A program made the position numbers and the translations under genes. DNA of 64,000 bases from Eledone cirrhosa (Eukaryota), in the NCBI GenBank assembly GCA_964016885.1, contig OZ024741.1:13144001-13208000 (forward strand), read 5' to 3'. Positions 11,890 to 23,991 of this stretch are shown here, piece after piece. Within the stretch, counting starts at the first letter, position 1. Each line of letters starts with the position of its first letter. Under the pieces are notes generated by a model. It did no database searches, was not told where the DNA came from, and worked only from the letters and a program-made list of their open reading frames with translations.

Positions 11890-14800
11890 ATGGCTAGTTT
11901 ACGGGTTGGAACCGTGAATGTGCGTGGCCTAGGGATGCCCTGGAAACAGGGCCAACTTTTAAACGACCTTAGGTCACACAGTATGGATGTGATAGCCATC
12001 ACCGAGTCCAGGATCCACAACAGGCAGCAACTAACCCCCATCTTCGACGACTTTGAGATCTATGCATCTCTCTGTCAGCCAGGAGGTGGAGGTGGAGTGG
12101 CTGTCATGTTTCGGAAGAACCTGGACGTCGAAGTACAGCAAGTACACTTGGACCCGGAGGGTAGACTGGTATTCCTAGACGTGAACAGTATTGGAGGTGG
12201 AGCCTTCAGACTGGTGGCCGTTTATGCCCCGATCGGGCAATCGCAATCACGGCCAGACTTCTTTAAGCGTCTAGAGTGTTTTCTGGGAACGTCTCGCTCC
12301 TTACATTTAGTGGGGGACTGGAATGGTATCCTAGATGCACGATGGGAGCATGTCCCAGTAGAGCAGGGTGCAACAGCCTCAAAACTTTAATTGGCCAATT
12401 CCAACTGGCCGATAGGTATCGACTGGATTTCCCGACTGCTCCACAGTGGACGTGGGCAAACCGCAGTGGGACATCTAGATCGTATTTAGATAGGTTCTTC
12501 ATTAGAGAAAGGGACAAGAAGATGTTAAGCTGTCCACGAATGCACATGGTTGCCTCTTCAGATCACAAGTTAGTCGTCTGCTTAGTCAACCGTGATAGAA
12601 TACATAGACAGGGTTCCGGATACTGGAAGATGAACGTGTCGTTGCCGGCACGTAAAGCTTACAGTGAACGGATAAGTAGACTAGTCAAGCAACAGTTAAC
12701 GGGAGCCATCGTCAACAATAGATGGTGGTACTCTCTCAAGAAAGCAATTAGAATAGAATCGATAGGGTATAGCAGAGAGTTAGCCTTAGAGAAAAACAGA
12801 ATAGAAAGAGAACGAGTAGCCAAGGTAGAGGAGGCACTTAGAAGTGGCAATGCGGCTAGAGTGTTAGCGTCGAGAACGGCACTGGACCAGTTCTTCGATG
12901 GGAAACACGAAGGCTGCGTGGTCAGAAGCAAAACACGTGCTCTAGGAAACGAAGGAGCGAAAGCTGTCAGCTGGGCCCGAGTGGCGGAGGCAAAAAGTGG
13001 CAACAAGTCCACAATTCGGTCTTTGAAAGACCAAAACGGACGCGTGCTACTTGACCCCAAGCAAATGTGCGCGGCCTTTCAGCGGCACTTTGCGCGACTG
13101 TTTGAGCAGAACGACGGTGAGCCGAACGGGGGAATGAACTTTAGTTCATACCTCGACGGCCTGCCGCGTCTCTCGAACACGGACGCCGAGTTCTGCGGAA
13201 GACCGATCACGGACACTGAGATACGGGACGCTCTGGGCCGCTGCGGGAAACGCAAGTCACCCGGTCTAGATGGTCTACCCTACGAGTTTTACATAGGCAT
13301 GCCGGACTTGTTCTCTGGCGTCCTCGAAGCCGTCTACTGCAATCGGGAGAATTCCTAGTTCTGCAGGCAAGGGCGTAGTAACGCTGATCAGGAAAGACGA
13401 GAACAAGGGGGACGAAATTAACAACTTCAGGCCCATAACTCTGCTCAACACAGAGTTAAAGATTTTGGCCAAGGTGCTAGCGACGAGGTTGGCGCTTGTC
13501 GTCGAGAACCTAGTAGGGATAGCGCAAACGTGTGCAATCCCGACCAGGTCCATACACGACAACCTCCACCTCATGCGATACATCATAGAGAGGGTGGGTA
13601 GTAAACCCGGCTTCGGTGGGGCTCTGATCAACTTGGATCAGTCTAAGGCATTCGATAGGGTCGACCATCGATACTTGGAAGCGGTTCTCAAGGCGGCCGT
13701 TTTCGGTCCCGTGTTCAGAGGATGGATCGAGGCGATGCACACCAGCATCTGCTCGAGGGTCAAGGTGAACGGCTACCTATCGGAGCCGCTCGCAATCACG
13801 CGTTCCATTCGACAGGGGTGCCCTCTCTCCTCCATTCTGTATGTATTGACTCTAGAGCCACTACTGCGGAAATTGGAGCTGTTGCAGGGCATCCCTCTAG
13901 AACTGGGACTGCGCAAAGCGGCGTCGGCTCATGCCGACATGATGGTAATGGTGTCGAGCACCTCGGAAATCGCGGTAATCGGCAACTTACTGAAAGAATA
14001 CGAAACGCTGACGGGAGCAAAACTAAACCCGGATAAGTCTGTCGGTTTGCAATTCGGTACGTGGAGAGGCAAACCGATGACGTCCGACAGCGTCGTTGGA
14101 CGCTGGACGGACGGACCGGTGAAATTGCTCGGGGTCTGGTTCGGTCCAGACCTCCAAGTGGAGAAAAACTGGAACGAGGTCACGGCCAAGGTGTTTGCAC
14201 TCACCCAGATGTGGGCAAAGTGCAAACTGTCCTTGAAAGGTCGAGCGAGGTGCCGTCATCTACTACCGCTTGACTGTCGTGCCTTGTCCCCGTGAACACC
14301 TCACCAAGATGGAACGCATGCTCTTCTAGTTTCTGTGGAAGAAGCAGGCTACGCTGGTGAGGAGATCCGTCTGCTGTCAGCACCCTTCCAACGGAGGGCT
14401 GGGAATGCCGTGGCTGATGATGCGCAAACATGCGCTGAGGCTGCGGCATTTCCAGGTATTCCTCACCAACCCCCAACCGGTGTGGGCACCGTTTGTGAGA
14501 CAGGCTTTCCGACATCTCGTCTCGCTGACGGAGCTGCAGTCCTGGGTCAAGAAAAGACCGAAAACGATGGTCGCCTGGCACATTGAATGCGCTCAGGCGC
14601 TCACAGTCCTCTGGCAAGCGGGCGCAGCAATCAGTGGAGACTCCACTTCGACATTCTATAGAGCGATTGTTCGTTACAAGGGCGACGACGTGCTCGGAGA
14701 GACTCTGGGCGTCGAAGACGATGAGCTCACCAGTCTGTTTGGTAGGACTTTCCGCCCGGGACCTATGGACAACTTCCAGAGGTCCCTGGCCTGGCAGTGC

Positions 14801-15289
14801 TACCGAGGAGCTCTACTGGTTCGTGACAAGATCTAAAGGCACGGACGCCCCGGCTGGGATCCTTCCAAGAGGATGTGTCCAAGATGCGCGCAGGACATTG
14901 AAACAGTCCTGCACGCAATTGTACACTGCTCGGGCGTAACCGACCTGTGGAACTATGCAGAACAACTGCTGTCGCGTATGGGACAAATCCAGTTGACTGC
15001 CGAGTCCATAGTAAGGATCAAACCGCCAGCCTCTTTCAAAAACGAAAGAGAGGCGGTTTTCCTCTGTACGGTGGCTATGGTGAAAGAAGTTATATGGTGG
15101 ACGAGGTTGAGAGGACTGAGGACAGATGCCTTTCTCTCCGGACAATTGATTCTCTTCTTTAAGTATCACTTTAGAAGGAGAATCATGGTGGAGAGAGAGG
15201 CATTGAACCCCAGTAAATTTACTGAAAGGTGGGTGAATGAAGCGAAAATGGCCCGAGTGATTGGGCATTCTCTGTTTATAAACCTGTAG
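11890..15289 (+). pseudogene. Tx1 ORF2 (APE endonuclease, reverse transcriptase, zinc-binding C-terminus), disrupted
   Basis: TVNVRGL, VYAP, GDWN, YLDR and SDH endonuclease motifs; KSPGLDGL, LDQSKAFDRV, RQGCPLS; degenerate YADD (AHADM); CPRC..E...H....C; several frameshifts and stops. Confidence 0.93.
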
Positions 15290-15522
15290 GTTGAAGATGA
15301 GAACAAAAGGAGGAAAGGAGCACTTGCACAACACGCTCCTGAAGTTGAGGGTTGTTCTATCTAAGGGGTATTAAACAACCCATTTGCGGCGCCTCCCCCC
15401 TATTGGGGATTTCGATTGTTGTAATTGTTTGTCTTTATATTTTTTACACGACTGTATGTAAAATTCCCGGCATGTCTTTGTATTGTCCCCTTTCTTGTGC
15501 GCCCTTGTGGCAAATAAAGAAA

Positions 15523-15705
15523 TATATCTATCTATCTATCAATCTATCTATCTATCTACCTATCTATCTACCTATCTATCTACCTATCTATCTACCCACC
15601 CACCTATCTACCAACATGTCTATCTATCTGCATGTCTACCTACCTACCTATCAACATGTCTACCTACCTACATGCCTACATATTAATCTATTTATCTATC
15701 TAGTT
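15523..15705. repeat. (TATC)n/(TACC)n degenerate microsatellite
   Basis: Seen directly. Confidence 0.95.
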
Positions 15706-15708
15706 ACC

Positions 15709-15880
15709 TATTGCCCCGACTGGGCAATCGTGGCCAGACTTCTTTCAGCGTCTAAAGTCTTTTCTGGGAACGTCTCGCTCCTTGCTTTTAGTGGGGGACT
15801 GGAATGGTATCCTAGACACACGATGGGACTATGTAGGAGCATGTCCCAGTATAGGGGGGGGGGGGTACAACAGCCTCAAA
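15709..15880 (+). mobile_element. Internal endonuclease-region fragment of another Tx1 copy
   Basis: Closely similar to 12222-12385 but retains bases (GACTATGTAG) that copy 1 lacks. Confidence 0.85.
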
Positions 15881-16113
15881 AATGTTTATCACTGACTGAC
15901 CGTTGATCAGTCAGTGATAAACATTGATTGCCAAATGAATTAACTATGGAGATATAAAAGATACAGAAGCGAAAACCAACCAAACAGTGAGTGTGTTCTG
16001 TTATTATTTCTGGGAATATTAGTACAACAATATGACCCTCCCCAAGTATAACAATATATATATATATATATATATAATATATAAGATCAAAAGATGGTTA
16101 AAAGAGTTCCATG

Positions 16114-16184
16114 TATTTTATTATGCGCATTTCAAAAACAAATATCATCATGTAATAACATTTGTGTTTTCATCAGATAAAATA
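16114..16184 (-). ncRNA. Type-I minimal hammerhead ribozyme in the PLE terminal region
   Basis: Minus strand TATTTTAT-CTGATGA-A-stem II-GAAA-TGCGCA-TA-ATAAAATA: intact core, 8-bp stem I, palindromic stem III. Confidence 0.85.
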
Positions 16185-16665
16185 GGAAGATATGATATGA
16201 AGGTTAAAAAACACTTGTGGATAGTGCAGTTTTAAATCAACATATGAAAAGTAGTTTTAGATTGATGTGTGATATTGTGGAAAATTTTTTTTTAGGGTGG
16301 GGGGGGGGGGATGAAAAAGAGGAGGAGATGAGAGTAAAAAGTGGAGGGGGAGGAGTATAATGAGGAAGGATGAGATAGGAGGAGAGATGGCTGATAGAGA
16401 GAGAGAGAGAGAGAGATAGCTTTTATAACTGAGAAAAATATATTGTTTTACATAGAGAGGTTGAAAAACCGTTGGAAGATAATGTATAAATTAAAAGAAT
16501 TTGAAAATTAACGAAGAGAAAAATAATGTAAAGTTAAGGTTTGTATATTGAAGGGTTTAATAATATGTGCGATGAAAAGAAATTGTTAATATGTATTAAG
16601 AATAATATTTAAGGGTTTAATAATATGTGCGATGGAAAGAAAATGTTAATATGTATTAAGAATAA

Positions 16666-16846
16666 TTGTTTCTACTTTTGGCACAAGGCCAGTAATTACC
16701 CAGTGCATTACTGGTACTTTATTTTATCGACCCCGTAAGGATGAAAGGCAAAGTTAACCTCGGCGTGATTTGAACTCAGACCATAGAGGGACGTAACTAT
16801 GCTGGAAAGCATGGCGTCTGACTCTCTACCGATACTGCCAATCCAC
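16666..16846 (-). mobile_element. Meta-core-like SINE inserted in the PLE 3' region
   Basis: Same family as 8833-9018; flanked by duplicated ATTAAGAATAAT; sits among three copies of a ~60-bp direct repeat (16551-16910). Confidence 0.85.
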
Positions 16847-19479
16847 ATTAAGAATAATATTTAAGGGTTTAATAATATGTGCGATGGAAAGAAAATGTTG
16901 ATATGTATTATTAAAAATAGCAATAGTAATGTAAGTAAGGATATATTGTGAAAAAAGTAGAAGATAGGATGAAACATGAAAGTGAGAAAAAAATAATGAA
17001 TTGAGGATGAATAATCTAACGTCAAAAAAAATGTTTATGTTTACGAAGGATTTTTTCAAGGTGATATAAAGTAAGAATATATTGTATTGTGTAATAATTG
17101 TTTCTATGTTAGGCACAGTGAGAAAAGGTACAGATCAGGGGTTAGAAATTAAAAGAAAAAGAAAAGAAAAAAAAAGGAAGAAGTGAAAGTGATAAATAGG
17201 AGTGATATAGAATGAGTAACAAGTATTATATAATGTATAATAAATAACTTTGAAATAAGGTAGAAAGATGGGTATATTTTTAAAGAAGTATATATATATA
17301 TATGTGTGCGCCTTTGAGAAAAGGATTCTGAATTGATAAAGTTTAGGATATTAGCTGTATACTTTATGGAATGTTCTGTAGAATTTATGCAAGCAGAGAG
17401 AAAACAAATCAGTGCGTCTATTTATTATAGAATCTAAATTAGGTATAATGGTAAATTTTTCATTTAGACAGAGATTGCAAGTCTTGGATAGAGAACTGTT
17501 CAAGTTTGAAGCAGCAGAAGAAACCTTTTTGTCTTTCAAGGACCATATGAGTTCTGAGAGAGCCGTGTTGGTTCTTTTAAGTTGGTATTTAAAAGACGAA
17601 TGATGATTATAAAGACGAGCTTTAAAGGAGGTGGAAGTGGAGCCAAAATAGGTGAAGGAATTGGTGTCAGTTATAACTTTACATTCATAGATTAAGTTTT
17701 TATCAAGACAATGGTTGTTGAGAGGACATTTATTTTTAGCAGGGCAATTGCAATTGCGATTAGAGAGATTATTAACGAGTGACCTAGTGTTATCTATAGA
17801 AGGAATTGGATTGGAGAAGTTATTTGCGATAGGAATAATAGTTTTTTTTATTTAGAATGGGATTAAGAACATTTAGCGAAGTTGTGTTTGACGTTGTATT
17901 TGGGTTTGCAGAAATTAGCCTAGAGTTTACAATGACGTCGGGAGTACTATTACTATTATTATGATATTCAGTGTTGGAAGGAAGAGATTTAGTATTTAGT
18001 ATTTTATTGTTGTGTTTAGAGATAATGTTGGAAATGTTGGAGGATGTCGAATAGGAAAATTTTATAGTGTGTTTGTTAAATATTTTACTATAGATATGTG
18101 AGGGAGGGAAGCATTTAATTAAGGCACTAAAGAATAATTTAGGAATATTATTATTAATAGAGATGGAGAAAGGAGCATTATACCAGATTATGTTTTTGTA
18201 TCTAGGTCTTTTATTAAAGTTATTGGAATGATCATGATTAATTATTCTACTGTAAGATCTTCTAGAATTTGTTTCTTTATTATATTTGATTTTATCAGGA
18301 TAGCCGGCTTTAGAAAGCGCGTTATTATAGTAATTGGCGTTAGCATCAAAGATGTTTTTATTAGAAGATAGGTTAGATATTCTTTTTCCAATATTACTAA
18401 CTATAGCATTCTTAATATTAGTAGGGTGGTTAGATTTAAAATTAACATAATTTAGGTTCTCATTGTTTTTATGGTAAGGGTAATATAATTCCAGTGTCAA
18501 GATTAAGAGATACATCCAAGAAATTAGCTAGTTTGATGCTGTTATCAAATTCAATTTTTAGGTTATGTTAGTTAAAGAGATTACGTATATTGTTCTTAAT
18601 AATATTAAGGTTAACTATGTTGCAATTTAAGATAGTAAAGAGTCCATCGTCACGATAAATTCCACCGCGAAGTTGAGGAATTTTCCGACTCAAAGAGTTC
18701 AAAATAAAGATACCAATTAAATCTGTCAATTGGGATGAATCGGATGCTCCCATTGTGATGTCGAAGTTGTTAGAGGTATCAGCTCTGGTCCAATATTCAT
18801 TGTTGAACTCAAGGATGGTTTTACGTGCGGTGAGAATGATGTGAAGTTCATCTGTGGTGATGTCAGAATATTTAAATGCGAAAGATAGAGCATTGTTGAG
18901 AAGTGAAGGCGAAATAGAAGAATAGTAGCTGGCAATATCAAATTGAACAAATTTTAGTTTGTTTTTATTATTCAATTTGTTGAACCAGCCAATCACTTCA
19001 GAAGTACCAAACCATAAATTTAAGTTCAAAGAAGAGCAATTAGAACGAACCTGTGGGATAATTCTATCTGAGATGGCTTTACTAACAACCCCCAGATCTG
19101 ATTTAGAGAGGGCGATTAATCGAACAGGTAGTTCAGTGCGAAAATTGTTTTTGTGATCCTTGAGATTTATCCTCGGAGTTCTTGGGAGGAATGGTTCGGT
19201 CTTTTTTCCGATGCCAAGTTTTGACATAATCTCAGAGGCTTCAAAGTTTATGGATTCTAAATTATCATGGTTGGTTTTACGATATTTTTTCCTAAGTTCC
19301 TTTAGGATAAGGTTGTTATAATTATCCTTGGAAATACCATATAAATTATTGGTTTTGTCAGAGTGGACTCTTTTGATCTTATATATTATGTATACTCCAG
19401 TCCTACAAACTGTAGAGTGCTTCTTATCTGATATCTGCATTGCTTTATTGTACTACAATAAAACTTACCTCCTACATAT

Positions 19480-20321
<842 letters not shown>

Positions 20322-20609
20322 AGGCAGTATAATTGATTTAGGTGTCACAGAAACCTACCACTGGATTATACCATCAATTTCCAGGAGGTCCAGGTAAATT
20401 CTTTTGTTAAACATGTTTAGCTTGCTTCGTTTTTCTGGGGCTCCGGTGGCTGATAGCTTCATGACCGCCGTTTTCAGTTTGTTTGGCTTCTATAACGTAT
20501 GTTAATTGTTCTGGTCTTCTTTTAGTCCATTGAGCGCTTGCTGCATATCTCGAAACTTGCGTTTCGCTTTGTTTTTGACCACAGCTGAAATACGATCTCG
20601 CTGAAATTA

Positions 20610-20647
<38 letters not shown>

Positions 20648-20649
20648 CA

Positions 20650-21185
20650 TGGATGAATGGCGAATTCTTCGCTTTTGAAGATCAGTGGGAATAATTGTTG
20701 TCCTGTTCCGTGCGGTGACATACCCTGAGGTGGATGTAGAGGCCAATCCTGGACCTGTAGGTGCTGGTACAGTTGGGGCAAGTGAGTACTTGGTTAGTTG
20801 GCGGTTGGGTGGTGGACAGCTTTCTTCTTTGATGTTTGTCTTCAGCTGCCGCCTTCTTGCCCTCCTCAAAGTTGGCTGCAGCTGTTTTGATGGTCACTCT
20901 CCATTTCTCTCTATCTTCTGCCAGGTGTTCTCATTCCCTGTGATCAATGTTTCCTTGGATCAGCTGGCATTTGAGTTGATCCTTGAAGCGACTCGGGGGT
21001 AAGTGTCTGTGTGTGTGTGTGGGGGGGGGGCTTGATTTCTATTGCCTGGGCGTAGTTCACCGTAGAAAACTGCTATTAGCATCCTAGAGTGGTTCATGCC
21101 CGAGACATGATCTGCCCGGTAGAGCTATCTCACCATCAGAATGCTCTCAATGCTTGTGATATCGACCCTCTTGAGAACTTCCTTA
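20650..21185 (-). mobile_element. RTE-clade LINE 3' fragment, decayed
   Basis: LTCPNCTSTYRSRIGLYIHLRVCH zinc motif; RTE-like 3' end ATCTTC...GAAGAATTCGCCATTCATCCA. Confidence 0.8.
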
Positions 21186-21314
21186 TTTGTTACATACGCA
21201 TACACACACATACACGTACATACATAAACACACACATATACACACACACGCATATACTCTCTCTCTCTCACTTACACACACATATACACACACACGCATA
21301 TACTCTCTCACACT

Positions 21315-21345
<31 letters not shown>

Positions 21346-21434
21346 GCGCATATACTCTCACACACATACACACATAAACACTCATATATACATACACACG
21401 CATATACTCTCTCTCTCACATACATACACTATAT

Positions 21435-21610
21435 GCCCGTATTTCAAAGAATCGATCATGTCACACATTACCAAGACGTTGAATCTCCCTGAGAGCTAGG
21501 CTAAGAATAGACATATCAATAGAATTCTTAGTCACCTAATTTCAGGAAGCAGCTCTTCCGTTGATCGCCTCAACAGGAAGACTTATCGTCGGAATTAACG
21601 AACGTCCAAC
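21435..21610 (+). mobile_element. Degenerate 3' body of the first SINE family
   Basis: GAATCTCCCTGAGA and TTCCGTTG...TCGTCG are shared with 8620-8725. Confidence 0.6.
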
Positions 21611-21782
21611 ATGGCAGACGTAATGTCGTCTGCATCCTTTCATAAGATATTCTAACTTGCCTCGTGACACCCAGGACGGCTCTCATTATATTTGATTGTA
21701 TTAATCAATAGATTCAATACTAAAATGTGGACACCATTCCTGCTGTTAGAACTTTCTAAATTGTACAGCTTGGTATATTTTG

Positions 21783-21821
21783 TCATCGTTGTTGTCGTCG
21801 TCGTCGTCGTCGTCGTCGTTG

Positions 21822-21853
<32 letters not shown>

Positions 21854-22510
21854 GGTGGTGGTGGTGGTGGTGATAGTAGTGGTTATTGGTGATGGTGGTT
21901 GTAGTGGCAGATGTGGTCTTGGTGGTGATGGTAGAGGTGATGCTGATGCTGATGTTGGTGGGAGTGGTGGTGGTGGTTGTGGTGGAGGTGATAGTGGTTG
22001 TGTTGTTGTGGTTGTTGTTGCTGCTGCTAGTGGTGTTGTCGTTGGTGTTGTTGTTGTTGGTGGTGGTGGTGATGGAGGTGGAATGGAGGTGAGGTGATGT
22101 TAGTGGTGGCTGTGTTGTTGTTGTTGTTGTTGTTGTTGTCTGCGGTGGTGAAATGATATTGGTGTTGTGTTTTTGTTGTTGCTGATGTTGTTGTTATCTA
22201 TGGTGGTAAGATGATAATGGTGTTGTGTTGTTGTTGATGGTGATGGTGGTGGAGTAATATTGGTGGTTGTGTTGTTGCTGCTGATGTTGTTGCTGATGTT
22301 ATTGTTGCTGTTGTTGTCGTCGTTGTTGTTGATGGTGGTGATGGTGGTGATGGTCGAGTGATATTGGTGGTTGTGTTGTTATTGTTATTGTTGATGGTGG
22401 AGGTGGTGGAGCTGTTTTTGTTGTTGGTGTTATCGTTATGTTTGTCTTCGTTGTGCTGTGCTGTCGATGGCGATGTTGTTGTTGTAGGTGTCGTTGGTGC
22501 TGTTGTCGTT
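21783..22510. repeat. Degenerate (GTT)/(GGT)n low-complexity tract
   Basis: Seen directly. Confidence 0.95.
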
Positions 22511-22683
22511 ATATTGAAATGCATGTTATGTATTCCAATATAAGATGACGCCAACATTATCATTTCTTTTAGGCAGATCACAATCAGATAGACAAAAAAT
22601 AAAAGGATTTTAAAAATGTTATTTAATGTACCACCGTATACTGAATAAATACGCAGGCAAAGGTGTGCGTAAATATATATATA

Positions 22684-22973
<290 letters not shown>

Positions 22974-23005
22974 TAGAATGGTGTATATATTTTTGGGGGA
23001 CATTC

Positions 23006-23051
<46 letters not shown>

Positions 23052-23055
23052 CACA

Positions 23056-23146
23056 CAGAGTATCCCCCAAAAATGTATACACCATTCTAATAAATATTGC
23101 CTGTACATGTAATCAAAGTGTGTATACATTTTTTGGGAGACCCTGT
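23056..23146. mobile_element. ~90-bp Tc1/mariner-like MITE, with an inverted partial copy at 22971-23007 and a relative at ~37195-37270
   Basis: TIRs CAGAGTATCCCCCAAAAATGTATACAC / GTGTATACATTTTTTGGGAGACCCTG followed by TA. Confidence 0.65.
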
Positions 23147-23744
23147 ATATATACTGGGTGAGGGGAGGGAGATTTATTTCATTGTGTCGTTTACAGTTCA
23201 AGAATTTTTATTGAAAAACATTTTTTCTTTTTTTTCTTCTTAACTGATTCAAGACAATGGGGCTGAAGAAAATGTTAATCTCCTGCAGGACATTCAGTGA
23301 CCTGTTACAAAGCTAATGTTTTGATGAAAGCTAAACAGATGTTGACATGAAAGTACGCCATGCCATGCCTCAAGCAACAGATATTACGGAGAAGAGGTGG
23401 GAATAGATGGGGTTAAAACAAAGCATAGAACAGAGAAGGCAGGACATGAAACAAATGAATTGAAAACTATATGAGAGCAGCTGAGATATTTCAAACAACG
23501 ACTTGCTGACTGCAGATAAAAATGGCTGGCTAAAATCGTCTGTTTACTATATGTCGGCTGCCGCTGTTGCTTTCTTCTCTGTCTCCAGCCTTCAAAAGCT
23601 AAAGATACGCTGTCAACTGAGAAGGAAATGATTAGATTCGAAATTCCTGATTTTCTTTATTGATTTAAATTACATCGATGTTTGACTAACAGAAATGTTC
23701 TCCCCATTAACACCGTTAAGAGGTTACATACATATATAGATACA

Positions 23745-23822
23745 TGATGATGGCTGCCCCCTCGTTATCGAGTATGGCCATTGCACAATAAAAATAAAAA
23801 AATAAATAAAATTAAAAAAAAA

Positions 23823-23874
<52 letters not shown>

Positions 23875-23953
23875 GCAATAATAATAATAACGACAACAAC
23901 AATAATAATATACATATTCATATATATATACACACACACGCACGCACATAAGC

Positions 23954-23991
<38 letters not shown>

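Larger units (their letters stand above)
9751..15522 (+). mobile_element. Near full-length, decayed Tx1/L1-clade non-LTR retrotransposon (copy 1) within (TATC)n
   Basis: ORF1 with CCHC knuckle; ORF2 with APE endonuclease, RT and C-terminal zinc motif; ends GTGGCAAATAAAGAAA followed by (TATC)n; (TATC)n also on the 5' side. Confidence 0.93.
15926..19380 (-). mobile_element. Penelope-like element, Naiad-type, 5'-truncated (RT + GIY-YIG, long 3' region)
   Basis: FDIASYY, FDITMGASDSSQLTDLIG and IYRDDGL (RT); IIWYNAPFS and IFNKHTIKFSYS; my translation of 17351-17822 gives CNCPAKNKCPLNNHC...LIY...YFGST...CNLCLNEK...CLH; two frameshifts. Confidence 0.88.

Noticed and set aside
17351-17822. Selenocysteine recoding in the Naiad-type endonuclease
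   Set aside because: The conserved Cys codons in my manual translation are TGC/TGT and there is no in-frame TGA.
23230-23720. Possible host exon after a pyrimidine tract
   Set aside because: No ORF in the track and no recognisable similarity; it cannot be supported without transcript data.
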